A stretch of DNA of 64,000 bases from an uncultured Actinomycetota bacterium (GTDB lineage: Bacteria; Actinomycetota; Geothermincolia; Geothermincolales; RBG-13-55-18): assembly GCA_964529285.1 (NCBI GenBank), contig CAZGWK010000008.1, positions 9,993 through 73,992 of the forward strand. The letters run 5' to 3'. The notes beneath the pieces were generated by a model. That model had not been told where the DNA came from, did no database searches, and worked only from the letters and a program-made list of their open reading frames with translations. This document shows, piece by piece, positions 61,460 through 64,000 of the stretch (positions are counted from its first letter, which is position 1; every line of letters begins with the position of its first letter). Position numbers and translations under genes: made by a program.

Positions 61460-62785
61460 ATGGTTCTTTTCAGGAACATGAAGCTTGTCGACGGCGTGAC
61501 GGAAGGCGTGCAGGAGGGTATGGCCGTGCGAGTGGAGGGGGAGAGGATCGTGGAGATAACCGCGGACCGCGGCGGGCTGTCGGCCCAGCAGGTGGTCGAC
61601 CTCGGGGGCGCCTACGTCACCCCCGGGCTCATAGACGCACACGTGCACCTCATCACGCCCTTCGTGCCCAAAGTCACCCCGGGAGTCATCGCGTCCCTGG
61701 GCAGGCAGGTTAAGAGGAACCTGGCGGCGGTGGTGAACAGTGGGGTCACCACGGTGCGGGACGTCGCGGCCTTCCCCCGGCGCATCCAGGGCGCCAGGCG
61801 GGCGGTGGAGGAGGGGCGCATACCCGGTCCGCGCATCGTCTGCGCCAATTCCTACATAACCTGTTTCGGGGGCACACCCGAATGGGTGCCCTACCTGAAG
61901 GGACCTGCAAAGCTTATCGCGGGGGGGCAGGCGGTGGACCGTGCCGATTCTCCACAAGACGTCGCAGCCCTGGTGCGGCGCATGGTGGACCTGGGCGCGG
62001 ACTGGGTCAAGACCTGCCACAGCGACCTTTCCTTGTGCAGGGGAAAAGGGGAGCTGCCCGCGTGGGGGGACGAGGGTTACGATGCCTTCTTCGCCGAGGC
62101 GGCCAGGCTGGGCAAGCCCGTGGCCTTCCACCAGATGTGGCTCTCCGCTTTTCGCAAGGGGTTGCAGTACGGGCCGGCTACCTTCGATCATACTCCCATG
62201 GACGGCCTGCTCACAGGCGAGGACGTTGCGAGCTTCGTGGCTTCCGGCGCAGCGCTCATCGCCACCCTGGACGTATACAGGGACACCTTCGAGTTCGAGC
62301 GCATATCCCGCGACCTGGAGGAGCGGGGGGAGGAGTTCCTGGAGCCGGTATGCTACAGGCTGGTCGCAGAACACCTGAACAAGTACGAAAGCAACGGTTT
62401 CAGCGCGCGGGAGGTCGAGAAGGATTGGGTCATGGACGAGACCATGCCGCGCGAGCTGCTCCCCAACGCTTACGAGAACGTGCGCAGGATATGGAAGGCG
62501 GGGGGTATCCTGGGGTGCGGTACCGACTCCGGCGGCGCCGACTTCGCCTTCTTCGGTTACTTCCACCGTGAGTTGGAGAACCTGGTCGAGGTGGGGCTGA
62601 GCCCCCGCGAGGCCCTGCGCTGCGCCACCGTGGTGAACGCGAAGGTTCTGGGCCTGGACAAGGACATCGGTACGCTGGAGCCGGGGAAGTACGCCGACAT
62701 GGTGGTGGTGGGAGGTGACCCGCTGCACGATATCTCCAACATGGGGCGCGTGAAGGCGGTCTATAAAGGCGGGGCTCTGGTGTAA
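61460..62785 (+). CDS. amidohydrolase family metal-dependent hydrolase
   Basis: PGLIDAHVHL metal-binding HxH motif near the N-terminus and the TIM-barrel amidohydrolase layout. SD AAGAGGT. Confidence 0.8.
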   Translation: MVLFRNMKLVDGVTEGVQEGMAVRVEGERIVEITADRGGLSAQQVVDLGGAYVTPGLIDAHVHLITPFVPKVTPGVIASLGRQVKRNLAAVVNSGVTTVRDVAAFPRRIQGARRAVEEGRIPGPRIVCANSYITCFGGTPEWVPYLKGPAKLIAGGQAVDRADSPQDVAALVRRMVDLGADWVKTCHSDLSLCRGKGELPAWGDEGYDAFFAEAARLGKPVAFHQMWLSAFRKGLQYGPATFDHTPMDGLLTGEDVASFVASGAALIATLDVYRDTFEFERISRDLEERGEEFLEPVCYRLVAEHLNKYESNGFSAREVEKDWVMDETMPRELLPNAYENVRRIWKAGGILGCGTDSGGADFAFFGYFHRELENLVEVGLSPREALRCATVVNAKVLGLDKDIGTLEPGKYADMVVVGGDPLHDISNMGRVKAVYKGGALV

Positions 62786-62818
62786 GGAAAAAAGCGGCAG
62801 GTTGCGGGGTTCTTTAAC

Positions 62819-63295
62819 ATGGAGATCATCGACATGGAGATCATCGAGGCGGGGCTCGAGGACGTAGAGGAGATCCTGACCCTGCAGAAGGCGGCATACG
62901 AGAGCGAGGGGCGCCGGTATGGGGATTTCACCATACCGCCTCTCACCCAGACGCTGGAGGAGATAAGGGAAGACTTCCATCGCCAGCTCTTCCTCAAGGC
63001 GGTGGAGGAGGAGAGGATAGTGGGCTCGGTCCGCGCCTACGAAAAGGATGGCACATGCTTCGTGGGAAGGCTTATCGTGCACCCGGACTTCCAGGACCGC
63101 GGCATAGGCAGCCGTCTCATGGAGGAGATCGAGGAGCGCTTCGAGGATGTGGAGAGGTTCAGGCTGTTTACGGGACACCTCAGCGATAAGCCTCTCCATA
63201 TCTACGCCGAGAAAGGGTACAGTATCTTCAGGACCGAGCCGGTCCACGACAACCTTACCCTGGTCTACCTGGAGAAACGGAGGAGCGAGGAATGA
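62819..63295 (+). CDS. GNAT family N-acetyltransferase
   Basis: Acetyl-CoA-binding motif RGIGSRLM. The first 30 nt are a tandem 15 bp duplication (MEIID-MEIIE), so the real start may be the second ATG at 62834. Confidence 0.8.
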   Translation: MEIIDMEIIEAGLEDVEEILTLQKAAYESEGRRYGDFTIPPLTQTLEEIREDFHRQLFLKAVEEERIVGSVRAYEKDGTCFVGRLIVHPDFQDRGIGSRLMEEIEERFEDVERFRLFTGHLSDKPLHIYAEKGYSIFRTEPVHDNLTLVYLEKRRSEE

Positions 63296-64000
63296 CAGGA
63301 GAACGCTGCGTCTTGCCGGATTACGTGGAGGCGGGGGAGGGAAAGCCCCTCATCTTCATACCGGGCATGGAGGGGGCCAAGGAGTTCTGGCGGCCTCAAC
63401 TGGAGGCGCTCTCGGATGCGTATCGGGTAATCGCCACCAGCCTGCCGGTGTGGAGACCCTGTATGGCCAGTACGGTGTCGGATTGGGCGGGCAGCGTCAT
63501 CGCCCTCATGGACGAGCTGGGGCTGGAAAAGGCGGTGGTGGTGGGGGAGTCCTTCGGTGGCATGGTCACCCAGGAGATAGCACTCGCTAATCCGCAGCGA
63601 CTGTCCGGTATCATCCTTTGCAACACCATGGACCGCCCGCGCCGGGGAGGTTTCGGCATGAACGCCTTCACCCTGGCTACCTTCGTGAGCCAGTTTGCTT
63701 TTCTTCCCTTCCTCCCCATGGACCGGCGCAGGAGCCTGCTGCGCTGGGTGGGCAGGAGGCGCGGCGCAGTGCTGGACCCTTCTCCGGGAAACGCGGAACT
63801 GGTGGAATATATCATGCGCTACGGCATGGCATGCGGGCCGGCCGCCTACCTGGACCGCATCATCGCGGGGGCGAAGATATCCTTCACGGCACGCTTGCGG
63901 GACATAAACGTGCCCGCTCTGGTACTGCGGGGAGAGGAGGACCGCCTGGTCGGCGACGAGACCGTCGTGCAGCTGGCGGGCAAGATCCCGCACGCGAAAC
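63292..64000 (+). CDS. alpha/beta-hydrolase fold protein (3' end lies outside the window)
   Basis: ATGA overlap with the GNAT stop. LIFIPGMEGAKEFW and the nucleophile elbow GESFGG. Confidence 0.75.
   Translation, partial: MTGERCVLPDYVEAGEGKPLIFIPGMEGAKEFWRPQLEALSDAYRVIATSLPVWRPCMASTVSDWAGSVIALMDELGLEKAVVVGESFGGMVTQEIALANPQRLSGIILCNTMDRPRRGGFGMNAFTLATFVSQFAFLPFLPMDRRRSLLRWVGRRRGAVLDPSPGNAELVEYIMRYGMACGPAAYLDRIIAGAKISFTARLRDINVPALVLRGEEDRLVGDETVVQLAGKIPHAK

Overview
This is a 64 kb window from a high-GC (roughly 64-65% by eye) bacterial chromosome. Almost all of it is protein-coding and most genes have SD-like ribosome-binding sites.

**Three conserved blocks dominate the window.**
- A heat-shock operon, dnaK-hsp20-grpE-dnaJ-hspR-clpB, on the + strand at 19.9-27.3 kb. 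It is preceded by a sigma-70-type promoter overlapped by a perfect 7-N7-7 inverted repeat that resembles the HspR operator (HAIR).
- A near-complete de novo purine operon on the + strand at 28.9-43.1 kb: purA, rnk-like, purD-purE-purB-purC/purS-purQ-purL-purF-purM-purN-purH. purC and purS are joined in one reading frame.
- A trpEGDCFBA operon on the - strand at 49.1-55.8 kb, with a hairpin-rich leader upstream of trpE.

These are flanked by a thiolase, an acyl-CoA synthetase, a CoA-transferase, a SigH-type sigma factor, a family-4 uracil-DNA glycosylase and a UbiA prenyltransferase.

**The first ~19 kb looks more accessory.** It holds hypothetical proteins, a B12-binding radical SAM enzyme, an orphan receiver, a membrane-anchored CrtI-like flavoprotein translationally coupled to a metallophosphoesterase, and several small Lys/Glu-rich membrane proteins.

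**A short repeat family recurs in intergenic DNA.** The core is CCTGGGGTCAGCCCTCCATTTTCAACA. It appears in at least five spacers, in one place as a perfect 27 bp inverted repeat.

I found no rRNA, tRNA, CRISPR array or obvious transposase. I could not run any database search, so every functional call rests on motifs and homologues I recognise by eye.
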